DNA of 64,000 nucleotides from an uncultured Lachnospiraceae bacterium (lineage in GTDB: Bacteria; Bacillota; Clostridia; Lachnospirales; Lachnospiraceae), in NCBI GenBank assembly GCA_902762905.1, contig CACWQE010000006.1:113-64112 (forward strand). Reading direction: 5' to 3'. The notes below the pieces were generated by a model. It was not told the DNA's origin, made no database searches, and saw nothing but the letters and a program-made list of their open reading frames with translations. Positions 19,080 to 30,366 of the stretch are shown piece after piece (the first letter of the stretch is position 1; each line of letters starts with the position of its first letter). The position numbers and the translations under genes are program-made.

Positions 19080-19421
19080 CTATGCCTCATGTGGGAAGAT
19101 AACCGTAAGCAGCATCTTAAAATCTTCCTTTGCATATACTGCATGTGGAATCGTAGCCGGCATAACGATTGCTTCCCCGGCGTGACAGATGTGTTCTACC
19201 CCACCAACGGTAAACATACCGGTTCCCTCTAATACATAGACCATTGCATCTCCAAACGAATCGTGTGTTCCGATCTCTTCCCCCTTTGAAAAAGCAAACA
19301 ATGTAACGCTGACTGCGTCATTCTGTGCTAATGTCTTACTGATTACCTGACCCGGTTGAATCTCTAATTCCTTTGCCAGATTCACAACCTTCTCATGTTC
19401 AATGTTCTTAATAAATGCCAT
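19080..19421 (-). CDS. Cupin-domain protein
   Basis: The product shows a cupin beta-barrel pattern (G.H.H....Y.L.G ... G..I..P..IPH). I prefer the ATG at 19421, which follows AAAGGAGAA. Confidence 0.7.
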   Translation of the reverse strand: MAFIKNIEHEKVVNLAKELEIQPGQVISKTLAQNDAVSVTLFAFSKGEEIGTHDSFGDAMVYVLEGTGMFTVGGVEHICHAGEAIVMPATIPHAVYAKEDFKMLLTVIFPHEA

Positions 19422-19502
19422 ACCACATTCTCCTTTCTTCTCTATATCCAGATAATCCATAAAACATACATCGTTTCACAATTATCTTTCCAGCTGAATT
19501 CT

Positions 19503-21101
19503 CTAAACACTTGCTAATAGTTTTGCCAGGTCTTCTTCCGGCGTAATAATCGGTGCAATATGATAATGTTCTACCAGATATTGTAACACATTTGTTGAAA
19601 TAAATGCAGGCAAAGACGGGCCAAGCAATATATTCTCAATTCCAAGATATAATAACGTAAGCAGAATACAGACCGCTTTCTGCTCATACCATGAAAGCAC
19701 CATCGATAACGGCAATTCATTCACGCTACACTCAAATGCCTCAGCAAGAGCAATTGCCACTTTGATTGCACTATAGGCATCATTACACTGTCCCATATCC
19801 ATAATTCTAGGGAGACCATGAATCTCTCCTAAATCCAGATCGTTAAAACGATATTTACCACAGGCAAGTGTCAGGATTACACTATCCTTCGGTGTCTGCT
19901 TCACAAACTCAGTATAATAATTCCGTCCGGCCTTTGCTCCATCACAGCCACCGACTAAGAAGAAATGGCTGATTTCTCCATTCTTTACCGCATCAATCAC
20001 CTGATCGGCAACTCCTAGAACAGCACCCTGACCAAATCCGGTCATAACCGAGGTCCCACCGTTAATTCCGGTACGCTGCTGATCCTCTGTATATCCACCA
20101 AGTTCTAATGCTTTCTCAATAACCGGTGTGAAATCTTTTTCTTCTCCTACATGCACCATTTCCGGATAGGATACTACTTCTGTTGTAAATACGCGATCCG
20201 CATAGCTTTCTTTGACCGGCATCAGACAATTCGTTGTAAATACGATTGGTGCCGGCAGATTATCAAATTCCTTCTGCTGATTCTGCCATGCGGTTCCGAA
20301 ATTGCCTTTCAAATGTGAATATTTCTTCAGGTGTGGGTACGCATGTGCCGGCAACATCTCTCCGTGTGTATAGACGTTAATTCCTTTGTCTTCCGTCTGC
20401 TGTAACAGCAATTCCAGATCTTTGAGATCATGTCCGGTAATCACAATAAATGGTCCCTTTTCAATCTCTAATGACACCTTAGTCGGAACCGGAATCCCGT
20501 AGGTATGGGTATTCGCACGGTCTAACAGTTCCATGCATTTCAAATTCTTTTCTCCCACTTCTAACACAACGGGAAGCAAAGTTTCCATATCAAAGTCTTT
20601 GCTGATCATAGATAATGCCTTATAGAAGAATAAAGTAACTTCTTCGTCTTCATATCCCAATACCATTGCATGATACGCATAGGCTGCCATACCACGGATA
20701 CCAAATAAGATCAATGACTTCAAGGACCGGATATCCTCATCTGCATTCCATATCTTCGATAGATCATAGTCGCTCGTATTACCACATGGAGTCGAGCAGT
20801 TTCCGCATCTTGGCACAATCTTCGCTTTCATTGCATGTACCTGATCGATCATAACCCGAAGCGTATCATCATTGAAATTTACATTCGTCACCGTGGTAAA
20901 TAATCCCTCGATGATCATACGATCGGTTGCTTTAGTTCTTTTATTATTCTCGCAGGCACCTACTAATCCGATTAACGCACCGGTTAATTCATCCTGTAAA
21001 GCAGAGGTAGAAGCACTCTTGCCACACACTCCGGCAGCCCCGGTACATCCACTACAGCCTGCGGTCTGTTCACATTGAAAACAAAACATATTTTGATTCA
21101 T
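19503..21101 (-). CDS. hcp: Hybrid-cluster protein / hydroxylamine reductase
   Basis: The N-terminus MFCFQCEQTAGCSGCTG..GVCGK is the Hcp Cys motif, and the product is 532 aa. Confidence 0.92.
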   Translation of the reverse strand: MNQNMFCFQCEQTAGCSGCTGAAGVCGKSASTSALQDELTGALIGLVGACENNKRTKATDRMIIEGLFTTVTNVNFNDDTLRVMIDQVHAMKAKIVPRCGNCSTPCGNTSDYDLSKIWNADEDIRSLKSLILFGIRGMAAYAYHAMVLGYEDEEVTLFFYKALSMISKDFDMETLLPVVLEVGEKNLKCMELLDRANTHTYGIPVPTKVSLEIEKGPFIVITGHDLKDLELLLQQTEDKGINVYTHGEMLPAHAYPHLKKYSHLKGNFGTAWQNQQKEFDNLPAPIVFTTNCLMPVKESYADRVFTTEVVSYPEMVHVGEEKDFTPVIEKALELGGYTEDQQRTGINGGTSVMTGFGQGAVLGVADQVIDAVKNGEISHFFLVGGCDGAKAGRNYYTEFVKQTPKDSVILTLACGKYRFNDLDLGEIHGLPRIMDMGQCNDAYSAIKVAIALAEAFECSVNELPLSMVLSWYEQKAVCILLTLLYLGIENILLGPSLPAFISTNVLQYLVEHYHIAPIITPEEDLAKLLASV

Positions 21102-21232
21102 TGCTTTCTTCCTTTCTCTTATCCCATTCGGTTCCCTGACATAATATAGCCCATATGTTATCCGAACCGTTGTACATAAGATACTATAAGATGAATCGCA
21201 ATTCTGTTGTTATAACCACATTTTAAAAAAAA

Positions 21233-22441
21233 TTATTCTTCCGATGTATCCGGTTCTTCTACAGACTCGCTTTCTTCTGTATCTTCACTCTCTGTATCAT
21301 CATCCTCGATATCCTCTGTTACTGTCTCATCTTCTGAATCACCCGCATCCTCTGTATCATCATATAACGCTTCCTGCTGTGCATTATAATCCTCTTCTGA
21401 CATCTCTGTAAACTTCGCATGATCATATAAGAAATCGGTAACTTTCTCATATGTGATCTGATATCCAAGCTCATCATCACTGTAATCTTTCAAAAATTCA
21501 TCCGCACTGTCATAACCATAATCTTCATAGTTATCTTTTGCAAACTGCTGAATCTCCTTCTTCGAACAGGTGATATTCTCTGCCTGTGCAATTGCACCAA
21601 TGATTAATTCAGAATTCACATTTGTCTCAATGTCCTGTTTCTTCGTCTCATCGTCTAAACCAAGCATTTCCTCAAATTCATCTAATTCCATTCCATACAT
21701 GGATGCTGAATACTCATTGTCATTGTTATAATTCTCTTCACACTGCTTATATAATTCATCCGGATATCCATTAAATTCTGAATTATCTAACAAGTACTGC
21801 ATGATCTCCTGAACTGCTGCATACTTGTATTCCTCTTCCTTGTTCTGCATCAATTCTTCCTTCTTAGCCGCCTCATATTCTGCCTTATTCTTATAATCTG
21901 TATTCTCTTTGACAAAATCATCATTGTACTCCGGCGTATTCTCCACACTAATCTCATTTAATGTAATATCTACCGTTACTTTCTTACCAGTATCAGCATC
22001 ATCATATGCATAATCTTCCGTGATTGTTGCATCTACCTGCTTACTGTCCCCGGTATTCATTCCGATCAATGCTTCTTCTACTTCCGGAAAAATATACCCC
22101 TCACCGATCACAACATCTTCATCCTCGCCAGAATAGTTGTCATTCTCTGTTCCATCTATGGTTGCTGTATAGGTAACATTCGCATAATCCCCATCCTGTG
22201 CAGGACGGTCTGTAATCTCATCATAGGTGACATACTCATACAGATCCTCACTAATTGCTTCCTGTATCTCTTCATCTGATACATCATATATGACTTTCGT
22301 TGCTTCTACATTCTCGTAATCACATACCTTGACATACTTCGAATACGTAATGTCCATCAGATATGGATTCTTATTGCCACATCCGGTCAACCCTGTCATC
22401 ATCATAACTCCAACTAATCCTAACGCTATCTTTCTATTCAT
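21233..22441 (-). CDS. Lipoprotein with a trigger-factor/FKBP-like PPIase region and a poly-acidic C-terminal tail
   Basis: It has the lipobox LTGC, an FKBP-like segment (DGDYANVTYTATIDG...VIGEGYIFPEVEEALIGMNTGD) and a C-terminal 45 aa made almost entirely of D/E/S/T. Confidence 0.55.
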   Translation of the reverse strand: MNRKIALGLVGVMMMTGLTGCGNKNPYLMDITYSKYVKVCDYENVEATKVIYDVSDEEIQEAISEDLYEYVTYDEITDRPAQDGDYANVTYTATIDGTENDNYSGEDEDVVIGEGYIFPEVEEALIGMNTGDSKQVDATITEDYAYDDADTGKKVTVDITLNEISVENTPEYNDDFVKENTDYKNKAEYEAAKKEELMQNKEEEYKYAAVQEIMQYLLDNSEFNGYPDELYKQCEENYNNDNEYSASMYGMELDEFEEMLGLDDETKKQDIETNVNSELIIGAIAQAENITCSKKEIQQFAKDNYEDYGYDSADEFLKDYSDDELGYQITYEKVTDFLYDHAKFTEMSEEDYNAQQEALYDDTEDAGDSEDETVTEDIEDDDTESEDTEESESVEEPDTSEE

Positions 22442-22463
22442 CGTAATCTCCTTTTATTTTCTC

Positions 22464-24617
22464 TTATGGGAGGTTATATCCCGCTGCCTGATACAATTCA
22501 TACCATTCTTTCCGGTTCAGATGTACATCCGTTGCATCACATAACTGTTGTAAATGTTCCGGATTCATTGTACCGACTAAAACCTGCATATTTGCAGGAT
22601 GCCGCAAGATCCATGCAATCGCAACCGCCGACTTCGTTACACCATTTTCTTTGGCAATCCGCTCAAGAACCGCATTCACTTCCGGGAACTTCTCATTGTC
22701 TACAAAATTGCCTTCAAAAAATCCATACTGTAACGGCGACCATGCCTGAATTGTAATATTGTGTAACTGACAATAAGTAAGTGTTGCCCCATCCCGGTCA
22801 ATTGCTCCATCTGTCAGCATGTTATTCTCAATTCCCTGCCGTATCATTCCCGCATGCATCAGACCAAACTGCATCTGGTTCACCTGTAATGGCACTTTAC
22901 ATACGGATTGAAGTAACTCCATCTGCCCTGCATTAAAGTTGCTCACACCAAACCGCTTGACTTTACCTGTCCGGTACAACTGATGCAATGTATCCGCAAC
23001 TTCCTCTATATCCATCAATGCATCCGGGCGGTGTAACAATAACAGATCAATAAATTCTGTCTGTAACCGTCGCAGGCTGTCATCTACCGAAGACAGAATA
23101 TGGGATTTGGAGAAATCATAATACCCCTCCCGGATTCCACACTTCGTCTGAATCCGCATTCTTTCACGCATTCCTTTATTCTGCGCTAATGCCTGTCCAA
23201 AGACTTCTTCACTTCGTCCACCACCATAGATATCTGCATGATCAAATAAGGTTACTCCATGATCTAATGCCACATTGATAAGTTTTGACACCTCAGATAC
23301 TGTCAGATCTGCCATACGCATACAACCAAGACCAATGCGGCTGGCATCCATGTTCGAATCCCCGATCTCCATTGCCATATCGCCACCAAGCGGTTTCACA
23401 GACTTACTCTCATATCCGACTGTATCCGCTACTTTATTCGCCATCCGCATAAGAATATTGCGGTGTGTCTTAATGACATGGAAGTAAATGTTCTCCACCT
23501 TGTCTGCAAACTGCTGTGTTGAAAACTGCTCTACGCTCTCCATGGCATTGTGGCTATAATCAATATTCTGTGGATTCTTCAAAACCGAATCCATTCCTCT
23601 TGCAAACGTAGTTTCGTCTACAAATTCATATCCATTCCTGCCCTCAAACAGCACACCATCCAGACACGGATCTTTCCTCGCAACCACCGGAATTCCAGAA
23701 GCTAATGCCTCAATGTAAGTAAGCCCCTGTGTCTCACTCGTTGAACCGGATACAAATACATCTGCCACCTGATAATAGTGTGTAATCTCATCCCATGGTT
23801 TCGCACCGGCAAATATCATTTGCTTCCGGTGTTTCATACCTCTTGCCTGACGCTCTAACGTCATCCGCTGTGGTCCATCCCCTACTACTAAGAATGTAAC
23901 ATTCGGATTGGTATCCATATAGCGGTTCAGATACAACATGACTTCATCAATATTCTTCTCGTCCGACACTCTTCCTAAGTATAATACTACTTTATTATTC
24001 TCTGGTATTCCAAGAGCAGCCTTTAACCGGTTCTTCTGCATTGCCGTATCACGTGCCTCAAACCGGCTTAAGTCAATTCCGGTTGGAATGACATTAATGT
24101 CCGGTTTCACACCATACTGCCGCATCAGATCTGCTACTTTCTCCGTTGGCACGATCAATTCCTCTGCACCACGTACACTGAATTTGCTAAACATCTTAAC
24201 AAATGCTTTGGCACGCTTCTCGCTGGATATATATTTCTTAATATAATGTGTATAATCCTCGTAAATTGTGTGATAGGTGTGAACTACCGGCACAAATAAT
24301 TCATGTGCCATAATACGTCCAAACATACCAATGGCAAATTCTGTGTTCGTATGGATGATATCTAACTTCATCTTGTGGATCTTTCTCGCAATCTTTGGAT
24401 GATAGAATAATCCGACCCGTCGTTCCGGCACAAAGGAACATGCCTTAGACGGCACACGAAAAACACCCTTCTCATTCATAGGTGCGTCGGGTGTCTTGGT
24501 TGTGATCACATATACGTTATGTCCCTTTTTCTCTAATACTTTCTTAAGCAAATATACGGAATTGGCTACTCCATTCAATTCCGGATAATAGGTATCTGTA
24601 AATAATCCTATATTCAT
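22464..24617 (-). CDS. Two-domain protein: GT4 glycosyltransferase (residues about 1-385) fused in frame to an aldo/keto reductase (residues about 400-717)
   Basis: The N-terminus MNIGLFTDTYYPELNGVANSV and the downstream E..G.. motifs match GT4 (diacylglycerol glycosyltransferase-like). The C-terminal IGLGCMRM...LFDHADIYGGGRSEE...RFGVSNF matches the AKR family. No stop codon separates the two parts. Confidence 0.8.
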   Translation of the reverse strand: MNIGLFTDTYYPELNGVANSVYLLKKVLEKKGHNVYVITTKTPDAPMNEKGVFRVPSKACSFVPERRVGLFYHPKIARKIHKMKLDIIHTNTEFAIGMFGRIMAHELFVPVVHTYHTIYEDYTHYIKKYISSEKRAKAFVKMFSKFSVRGAEELIVPTEKVADLMRQYGVKPDINVIPTGIDLSRFEARDTAMQKNRLKAALGIPENNKVVLYLGRVSDEKNIDEVMLYLNRYMDTNPNVTFLVVGDGPQRMTLERQARGMKHRKQMIFAGAKPWDEITHYYQVADVFVSGSTSETQGLTYIEALASGIPVVARKDPCLDGVLFEGRNGYEFVDETTFARGMDSVLKNPQNIDYSHNAMESVEQFSTQQFADKVENIYFHVIKTHRNILMRMANKVADTVGYESKSVKPLGGDMAMEIGDSNMDASRIGLGCMRMADLTVSEVSKLINVALDHGVTLFDHADIYGGGRSEEVFGQALAQNKGMRERMRIQTKCGIREGYYDFSKSHILSSVDDSLRRLQTEFIDLLLLHRPDALMDIEEVADTLHQLYRTGKVKRFGVSNFNAGQMELLQSVCKVPLQVNQMQFGLMHAGMIRQGIENNMLTDGAIDRDGATLTYCQLHNITIQAWSPLQYGFFEGNFVDNEKFPEVNAVLERIAKENGVTKSAVAIAWILRHPANMQVLVGTMNPEHLQQLCDATDVHLNRKEWYELYQAAGYNLP

Positions 24618-24716
24618 AATAAGACTCCTTCATTCTTTCATACAGAATCCATTGTAATACATTTCCCTCATAATGTCTTGTTAAATCTTTCTGAACTTTA
24701 TATAACAAACGATTCC

Positions 24717-25544
24717 CTAATCTGTAGTTTCCGGCAGCTGGCGCAATAGAAAACGCCGTTTGTACTTCAATGCCGCATAATCCGTGATTCGTTTCAGGCA
24801 GGTAAAATCTGCTGTTCCACCAATCACTCCGATAAAGGTAGACCCCTGTAGGAACTTGCCATATAACAATTCATGGGATAATGCCTCTGCGGAAGAATCA
24901 ATCTGCCGTTTGATCTGCAATTCGACCACAAACGGATCCGTCTCCATCTCTTCTGTCTCTTCTTCCTCAAAATACCGCCGGATCAGCTTATTCATATCCG
25001 CGTCCTTCTTGCGCAGCACATCCCCACTCTTCAATGCGGTGTCAATCAATTTCAGGATAAATAACTTCTCTTTGTCTGTTGTATAAGTAAAACCATAACT
25101 TAACGCAATCTCATAGATACTCTTGAGCATAACTGACACAAAGATTGGAATATCCGGTATACCCAATCCCACGATACCAAATCCAACGCCCTCTACCGTT
25201 GTAATCGTCAGATTCTTTGCAATAGTACGCTTTGCCTGACGTTCAAACCGCCGCAATGACTTACCACTAAATCCTTCTGCATGAATATCTCTCTCATGTT
25301 CATGGAATAACCGTTCATGCCGTTGTTTGCGGTATGTCTTCTCGATCAGCCCGGAGCCTTTCTCAAACACAGTTACAAATGCCTTGTTAAATGCCGTCTC
25401 CAACGTCTTCTGTAAAGTGGCCGGCACTTTCTTCTCCACAAACTTCACCCACTTCGGAGTCTTGTCCATAATATGTCCAACCATAAAGGATTCTTCTTTT
25501 AACTTTTGTAAACGCCATTCATTTTCCCATGAAAACTGACTCAT
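24717..25544 (-). CDS. EcsC-family protein
   Basis: The size is about 275 aa, and the central hydrophobic GxGxxGxG-like patch (GFGIVGLGIPDIPIF) and overall layout resemble EcsC. I prefer the ATG at 25544. Confidence 0.5.
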   Translation of the reverse strand: MSQFSWENEWRLQKLKEESFMVGHIMDKTPKWVKFVEKKVPATLQKTLETAFNKAFVTVFEKGSGLIEKTYRKQRHERLFHEHERDIHAEGFSGKSLRRFERQAKRTIAKNLTITTVEGVGFGIVGLGIPDIPIFVSVMLKSIYEIALSYGFTYTTDKEKLFILKLIDTALKSGDVLRKKDADMNKLIRRYFEEEETEEMETDPFVVELQIKRQIDSSAEALSHELLYGKFLQGSTFIGVIGGTADFTCLKRITDYAALKYKRRFLLRQLPETTD

Positions 25545-25654
25545 ATTCACCCTTCTTCTCTATGAAATGCTGATTATTATTTCTATTATACTTAGTTTTG
25601 CGTGGATTTACAACCAAGAATCCTATGCTCCCCAGATACAAATGTACATTTTTA

Positions 25655-25706
25655 TATAAAAAAAGCTGTCCTACACAGAGCTTTGTTCTCCTGCACGACA
25701 GCTTTC
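25655..25706 (-). terminator. Intrinsic terminator after trpA
   Basis: On the minus strand, AAAGCTGTC...GACAGCTTT is followed by TTTTTTATAT. Confidence 0.7.
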
Positions 25707-25761
25707 CTTTTCCATAGCCAATTGTATAGTTACGGATTCTCAAATATATACTTCCCAACTC

Positions 25762-26538
25762 TTATGCCTGTAGCACAGCATCTTTCATACTCTTTACATA
25801 ATCCGCTACATATGGCACAGCATCTTTTCCATACTTCGCAACTAACTTCACGATCGCACTTCCGACAATGGCACCATCGGAAAGAGCCGCCATTTTCTTA
25901 GCCTGCTCCGGTGTCGAGATACCAAATCCAACAGCAACCGGCGTATCTGTTACCGCCTTGACATGCTGCACCATGGCTCCGATATCCGTTGTGATCTCAG
26001 AACGCACACCGGTTACACCTAAAGAAGACACGCAATAGATAAATCCCTCTGCCTCCTTTGCGATCCGCTCGATTCTCTCCTTCGAGGTTGGTGCGATCAT
26101 AGAGATCAGATCAACGCCGTATTGCTTACATGCCCCGGACAATTCTGCCTTTTCCTCAAATGGTACATCCGGCACGATCACACCATCAATCCCAACCTCG
26201 GAACACCGCTTCATGAAGCGTTCCGTTCCATACACATAGATTGGATTCATATATGTCATGAATATCAACGGGGTATCAATCTCTTTGCGTAATCTCGTCA
26301 CCATATCAAACAAGGCATCCGTCGTTGTTCCGGCACTTAATGCACGAAGATCTGCCTCCTGAATAACAGGGCCCTCTGCTATTGGATCCGAAAATGGGAT
26401 TCCGATCTCAATAACATCTGCACCCTGCTTTGCCATGGCTTTGATCAACTCATAACTTGTCTCAATATCCGGATCTCCTCCAGTAATAAATGGAATAAAT
26501 GCTTTCTCTTTTGCAAATGCGTCACTAATTCTACTCAT
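25762..26538 (-). CDS. trpA: Tryptophan synthase alpha chain
   Basis: The [11 protein letters not shown] and GxPFSDPxAEGP motifs match TrpA. The gene overlaps trpB by 8 nt. Confidence 0.93.
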   Translation of the reverse strand: MSRISDAFAKEKAFIPFITGGDPDIETSYELIKAMAKQGADVIEIGIPFSDPIAEGPVIQEADLRALSAGTTTDALFDMVTRLRKEIDTPLIFMTYMNPIYVYGTERFMKRCSEVGIDGVIVPDVPFEEKAELSGACKQYGVDLISMIAPTSKERIERIAKEAEGFIYCVSSLGVTGVRSEITTDIGAMVQHVKAVTDTPVAVGFGISTPEQAKKMAALSDGAIVGSAIVKLVAKYGKDAVPYVADYVKSMKDAVLQA

Positions 26539-27718
26539 AAATCTCCACTCCTCTATATCTTGCGATTGCTGCTACATCCTTGTCACCACGTCCGGAAACA
26601 GTAGCAATAATGATCTGGTCTTTATCCATTGTTCCTGCAATCTTCATAACCTGTGCAATAGCATGTGCACTCTCGATTGCCGGAATAATTCCTTCTGTTC
26701 TTGACAGATATTCAAACGCCTCTACTGCTTCCTCATCTGTGATCGGAACATAAGTTGCACGTCCTGTTTCATTTAACCATGCATGCTCCGGCCCGATTCC
26801 CGGATAATCCAGTCCTGCTGAGATCGAATATACCGGTGCGATCTGTCCGTATTCATTCTGGCAAAACAGCGACTTCATTCCATGGAAGATTCCCATAGAA
26901 CCATTTGCAACGGTTGCCGCATTCTTTGGATTATTCACACCAAGTCCCGCTGCCTCACATCCGATCAGTGCAACGCCCTCATCCTTAATATACTCGTAAA
27001 ATGATCCCATCGCATTACTTCCACCACCTACACAGGCTACAACTGCATCCGGGAGTTTTCCTTCTGCTTCTAAGATCTGCTGACGGCTTTCTTTACTGAT
27101 CACACTCTGGAAATCTCTGACGATCATCGGAAATGGATGTGGTCCCATAACCGAACCTAATACATATAATGTATCATCTACACGGGAAGTCCACTCTCTC
27201 ATGGCTTCATTTACTGCATCTTTCAATGTCATGGTTCCGGTTGTAACCGGATGTACTTTTGCTCCAAGCAGCTCCATACGGAATACATTCAGTGCCTGAC
27301 GCTCGGTATCCTCCTTACCCATGAAAATCTCACATTCCATCCCCATCAGGGCCGCTGCCGTTGCAGTTGCCACACCGTGCTGTCCGGCTCCAGTCTCTGC
27401 AATCACACGGGTTTTCCCCATCTTCTTAGCCAACAGTACCTGTCCTAACACATTGTTGATCTTATGGGAACCGGTATGGTTAAGATCCTCTCTCTTCAGA
27501 TAGATCTTGGCTCCACCAAGATCCTTGGTCATCTTCTCTGCATAATATAAAAGCGATGGCCGTCCTGCATAATTCTTCAGCAGATCCTCTAATTCCCGAT
27601 TAAATTCCGGGTCATTCTTATAATGCTCATAGGCATCTTCTAATTCATGTACTGCATTCATTAAAGTCTCTGGAACATATTGTCCGCCATACTCTCCGTA
27701 TCTTCCTGTTTCACTCAT
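26531..27718 (-). CDS. trpB: Tryptophan synthase beta chain
   Basis: The [14 protein letters not shown]-lysine motif and GGGSNA are present. The product is 395 aa. Confidence 0.95.
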   Translation of the reverse strand: MSETGRYGEYGGQYVPETLMNAVHELEDAYEHYKNDPEFNRELEDLLKNYAGRPSLLYYAEKMTKDLGGAKIYLKREDLNHTGSHKINNVLGQVLLAKKMGKTRVIAETGAGQHGVATATAAALMGMECEIFMGKEDTERQALNVFRMELLGAKVHPVTTGTMTLKDAVNEAMREWTSRVDDTLYVLGSVMGPHPFPMIVRDFQSVISKESRQQILEAEGKLPDAVVACVGGGSNAMGSFYEYIKDEGVALIGCEAAGLGVNNPKNAATVANGSMGIFHGMKSLFCQNEYGQIAPVYSISAGLDYPGIGPEHAWLNETGRATYVPITDEEAVEAFEYLSRTEGIIPAIESAHAIAQVMKIAGTMDKDQIIIATVSGRGDKDVAAIARYRGVEIYE

Positions 27719-27780
27719 ATTGAATCTCCTTCTCTATGTTGTCCTATTCCTTGTTCACAACTTTCATTATCTTTTCGCAA

Positions 27781-28428
27781 TTATCTATTATAGATCGAGT
27801 GGACAAGATGCACAAGCTCGTCGATCTTGACGGCATCTTTCACACCGTCTGTCTCAACCGAACTGCTCACATCCACAGCCACTGGCAGGTTATTCTTCTC
27901 TTCTAATATCTGTAATATCTCTATTACGTTATTGCAGTCTATTCCTCCCGCTAACAGATAAGGTTTTGTAAGTGGCGGGATCAGGTTATGATCAAACACC
28001 TTGCCACTTCCACCATATTCATCGGCATGAAATGCATCTAACAACAGATAATCCACTGGCAGCTTCTCTGCTTCCTTGATCTGCTCCTGATTCTGCACCC
28101 GGATTGCCCGAATGACCGGTACTTTATGTGCCCCAAGTGCGTCCTGCAATCTATCAATATAGGCCAGATCTTCATCTCCATGTAATTGCACAATGTTGAT
28201 CGTATCCTCTTTTACCAGTTGTACAATCGTTGAAATCTCTTCATTGACAAAGACACCAACCGTCTGTATATCTGGATTCATCTGCCCCTTTAACTGTCTT
28301 GCATATTCCGGTGTGATACGCCGCTTCGTTCCAGCAAACACAAACCCGGCATATTCCGGCATAGCTGCATTGACATAAGCTACATCCTCCGGCCGCTTTA
28401 ATCCACATATCTTAATCTGCATAGGCAT
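27781..28428 (-). CDS. trpF: Phosphoribosylanthranilate isomerase
   Basis: The KICGL N-terminus, the VQLHG motif and the position in the trp operon support the call. Confidence 0.88.
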   Translation of the reverse strand: MPMQIKICGLKRPEDVAYVNAAMPEYAGFVFAGTKRRITPEYARQLKGQMNPDIQTVGVFVNEEISTIVQLVKEDTINIVQLHGDEDLAYIDRLQDALGAHKVPVIRAIRVQNQEQIKEAEKLPVDYLLLDAFHADEYGGSGKVFDHNLIPPLTKPYLLAGGIDCNNVIEILQILEEKNNLPVAVDVSSSVETDGVKDAVKIDELVHLVHSIYNR

Positions 28429-29215
28429 TTCCTCTAAGCTCTGCTAACTTCTGTACCTTGTCCGGTGCCCGCATCAATGTCTCTCCGATCAGAACCCCAT
28501 TTACGTTCTGTTCTTCAAACGCCTGCACATCGGCACGGTTCTGAATACCGCTTTCTGCCACAAATAAAGTTCCTTCCGGTGCAAAGCTGCGAAGTTTCGT
28601 GCTGTTATGAATATCCACCGAGAAATCTTTGAGATTCCGGTTATTTACGCCGATCACTCTTGCTCCCGCTCTTACCGCCATTGCAATCTCTTCCTCATCA
28701 TGTGCCTCGACCAATGCCGTAAGCCCTAACTCCTGACAGATTCCAATGCATTCCGTAAGAAATGATTCCTCCAACAACGCACAGATCAGTAACACCGCAT
28801 TGGCTCCGATCACCTTTGCCTGATAGATCTGATATACATCTACCGTAAAGTCCTTACGCAGGATTGGTATGGATACCTCTTTGCGAATCTCCTGTAAATA
28901 CCGGTCACAGCCTAAGAAATACTTCGGTTCCGTCAGCACAGACAAGCAGTCTGCTCCAGCCTTCTCATACTCCTTCGCGATTTCTACATATGGGAAATTC
29001 TCTGCGATCACACCCTTTGACGGGGATGCTTTCTTTACTTCACAGATAAATGACATCTCTTTCTTCCGCAATGCATCTTCAAAGGCAAAATCTGGAAGTG
29101 TACTTTGGGTAGCCAATGCCAGCTCTTTCATCTGTGCAAGTGATATCTCTTCCTTTTCCTTTGCAACCTGTATCCGCTTGTCGGCTGCAATCCGTTCTAA
29201 TATATCTGCTGCCAT
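28412..29215 (-). CDS. trpC: Indole-3-glycerol-phosphate synthase
   Basis: The motifs FICEVKKASPSKG, ILRKDF and GVNNRNL are present. Confidence 0.92.
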   Translation of the reverse strand: MAADILERIAADKRIQVAKEKEEISLAQMKELALATQSTLPDFAFEDALRKKEMSFICEVKKASPSKGVIAENFPYVEIAKEYEKAGADCLSVLTEPKYFLGCDRYLQEIRKEVSIPILRKDFTVDVYQIYQAKVIGANAVLLICALLEESFLTECIGICQELGLTALVEAHDEEEIAMAVRAGARVIGVNNRNLKDFSVDIHNSTKLRSFAPEGTLFVAESGIQNRADVQAFEEQNVNGVLIGETLMRAPDKVQKLAELRGNAYAD

Positions 29216-29263
29216 GACAACTCCTTTCTATCCGTTCTCTTCCTTCTGCTTTCCATGTTTTCT

Positions 29264-30283
29264 CTAGGCATTTGTCAATTTCACAAACTGCTCTAATACC
29301 TGCATTGCCTTGCCACTGTCGATCATCTCTTCTGCAACCTTCGCTGCCTCCTGCAGGGTTGGTGCCTTACCAGCCACATAGATACAGGCTGCAGCATTCA
29401 TAACGACTGCATTTCTCTTTGCCCCTGTCTCTTTACCGCTTAAGATATCTCTTGTGATCTGTGCATTTTCTGCCGGATCACCACCTACTAATTCACTCTT
29501 GTCACAGGTCTTAAAACCAAAGTCTTCCGGCTGAATCGTATATTTCTTAAATTCTCCATGATTGATCTCACAAACTGTCGTTGGTGCACTCATAGAGATC
29601 TCATCTAAGCAATCCTGACCATATACAACCATACCACGTTCTACGCCAAGACCTGCAAGTACCGGTGCCATCTGGTCAACCAGTTCTTCCTTATATACAC
29701 CAAGCACCTGCATACTTGCCTTTGCCGGATTGGTCAGAGGACCTAAGATATTAAAAATAGTCGGAATTCCCAATGCCTTTCTGACCGGTGCTACATATTT
29801 CATTGCTTTGTGATAGACCTGTGCAAACATGAAACTCATGTTACATGTCTTCAATACCTCGCCCATCTTCTCCGGCGCGATCGTAATATTTACGCCTAAC
29901 GCTTCTAACACATCCGCAGCTCCGCTCTTGCTGGATACGCTGCGGTTTCCATGCTTGGCAATCGGAACACCCGCGGCAGCGGCTACCATTCCACTTGTTG
30001 TTGAGATATTAAAGGAATTTGCACAATCCCCTCCGGTTCCTACAATCTCTAACACATCCAATCCATCATGTGGTAATTCCTCTGCATGATTCCGCATGCC
30101 ATTGGCACTTGCCGTAATCTCATCTGTTGTCTCACCCTTCATATGTAGTGCAGTCAGATAACCGGCTGTTACAATCTCCGATGCCTCCCCGCTGAATATC
30201 TCATCCATACATGCATATGCCTCATCATATGTCAGGTCTTTGCCTGCCGCTACTTTCTTCAACGCTTCTGTAATCATGTGCAT
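29264..30283 (-). CDS. trpD: Anthranilate phosphoribosyltransferase
   Basis: The motifs GTGGD..NSFNIST and KHGNRSVSSKSGAADVLEALG are present. Confidence 0.93.
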   Translation of the reverse strand: MHMITEALKKVAAGKDLTYDEAYACMDEIFSGEASEIVTAGYLTALHMKGETTDEITASANGMRNHAEELPHDGLDVLEIVGTGGDCANSFNISTTSGMVAAAAGVPIAKHGNRSVSSKSGAADVLEALGVNITIAPEKMGEVLKTCNMSFMFAQVYHKAMKYVAPVRKALGIPTIFNILGPLTNPAKASMQVLGVYKEELVDQMAPVLAGLGVERGMVVYGQDCLDEISMSAPTTVCEINHGEFKKYTIQPEDFGFKTCDKSELVGGDPAENAQITRDILSGKETGAKRNAVVMNAAACIYVAGKAPTLQEAAKVAEEMIDSGKAMQVLEQFVKLTNA

Positions 30284-30366
30284 ATCCTCCTTTCAGTTGA
30301 TCGCTCTGCCCTATCCTAAAGTTTGCAGAATGCTTTACTCTTTACTCACTTTATCAATCCAATTCT

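Noticed and set aside
21102-21232. A possible HcpR/NsrR-type operator upstream of hcp.
   Set aside because: I found only a 6-bp complementary pair (CGGTTC/GAACCG) separated by about 30 nt. No convincing palindrome of the FNR/CRP or Rrf2 type was found by eye.
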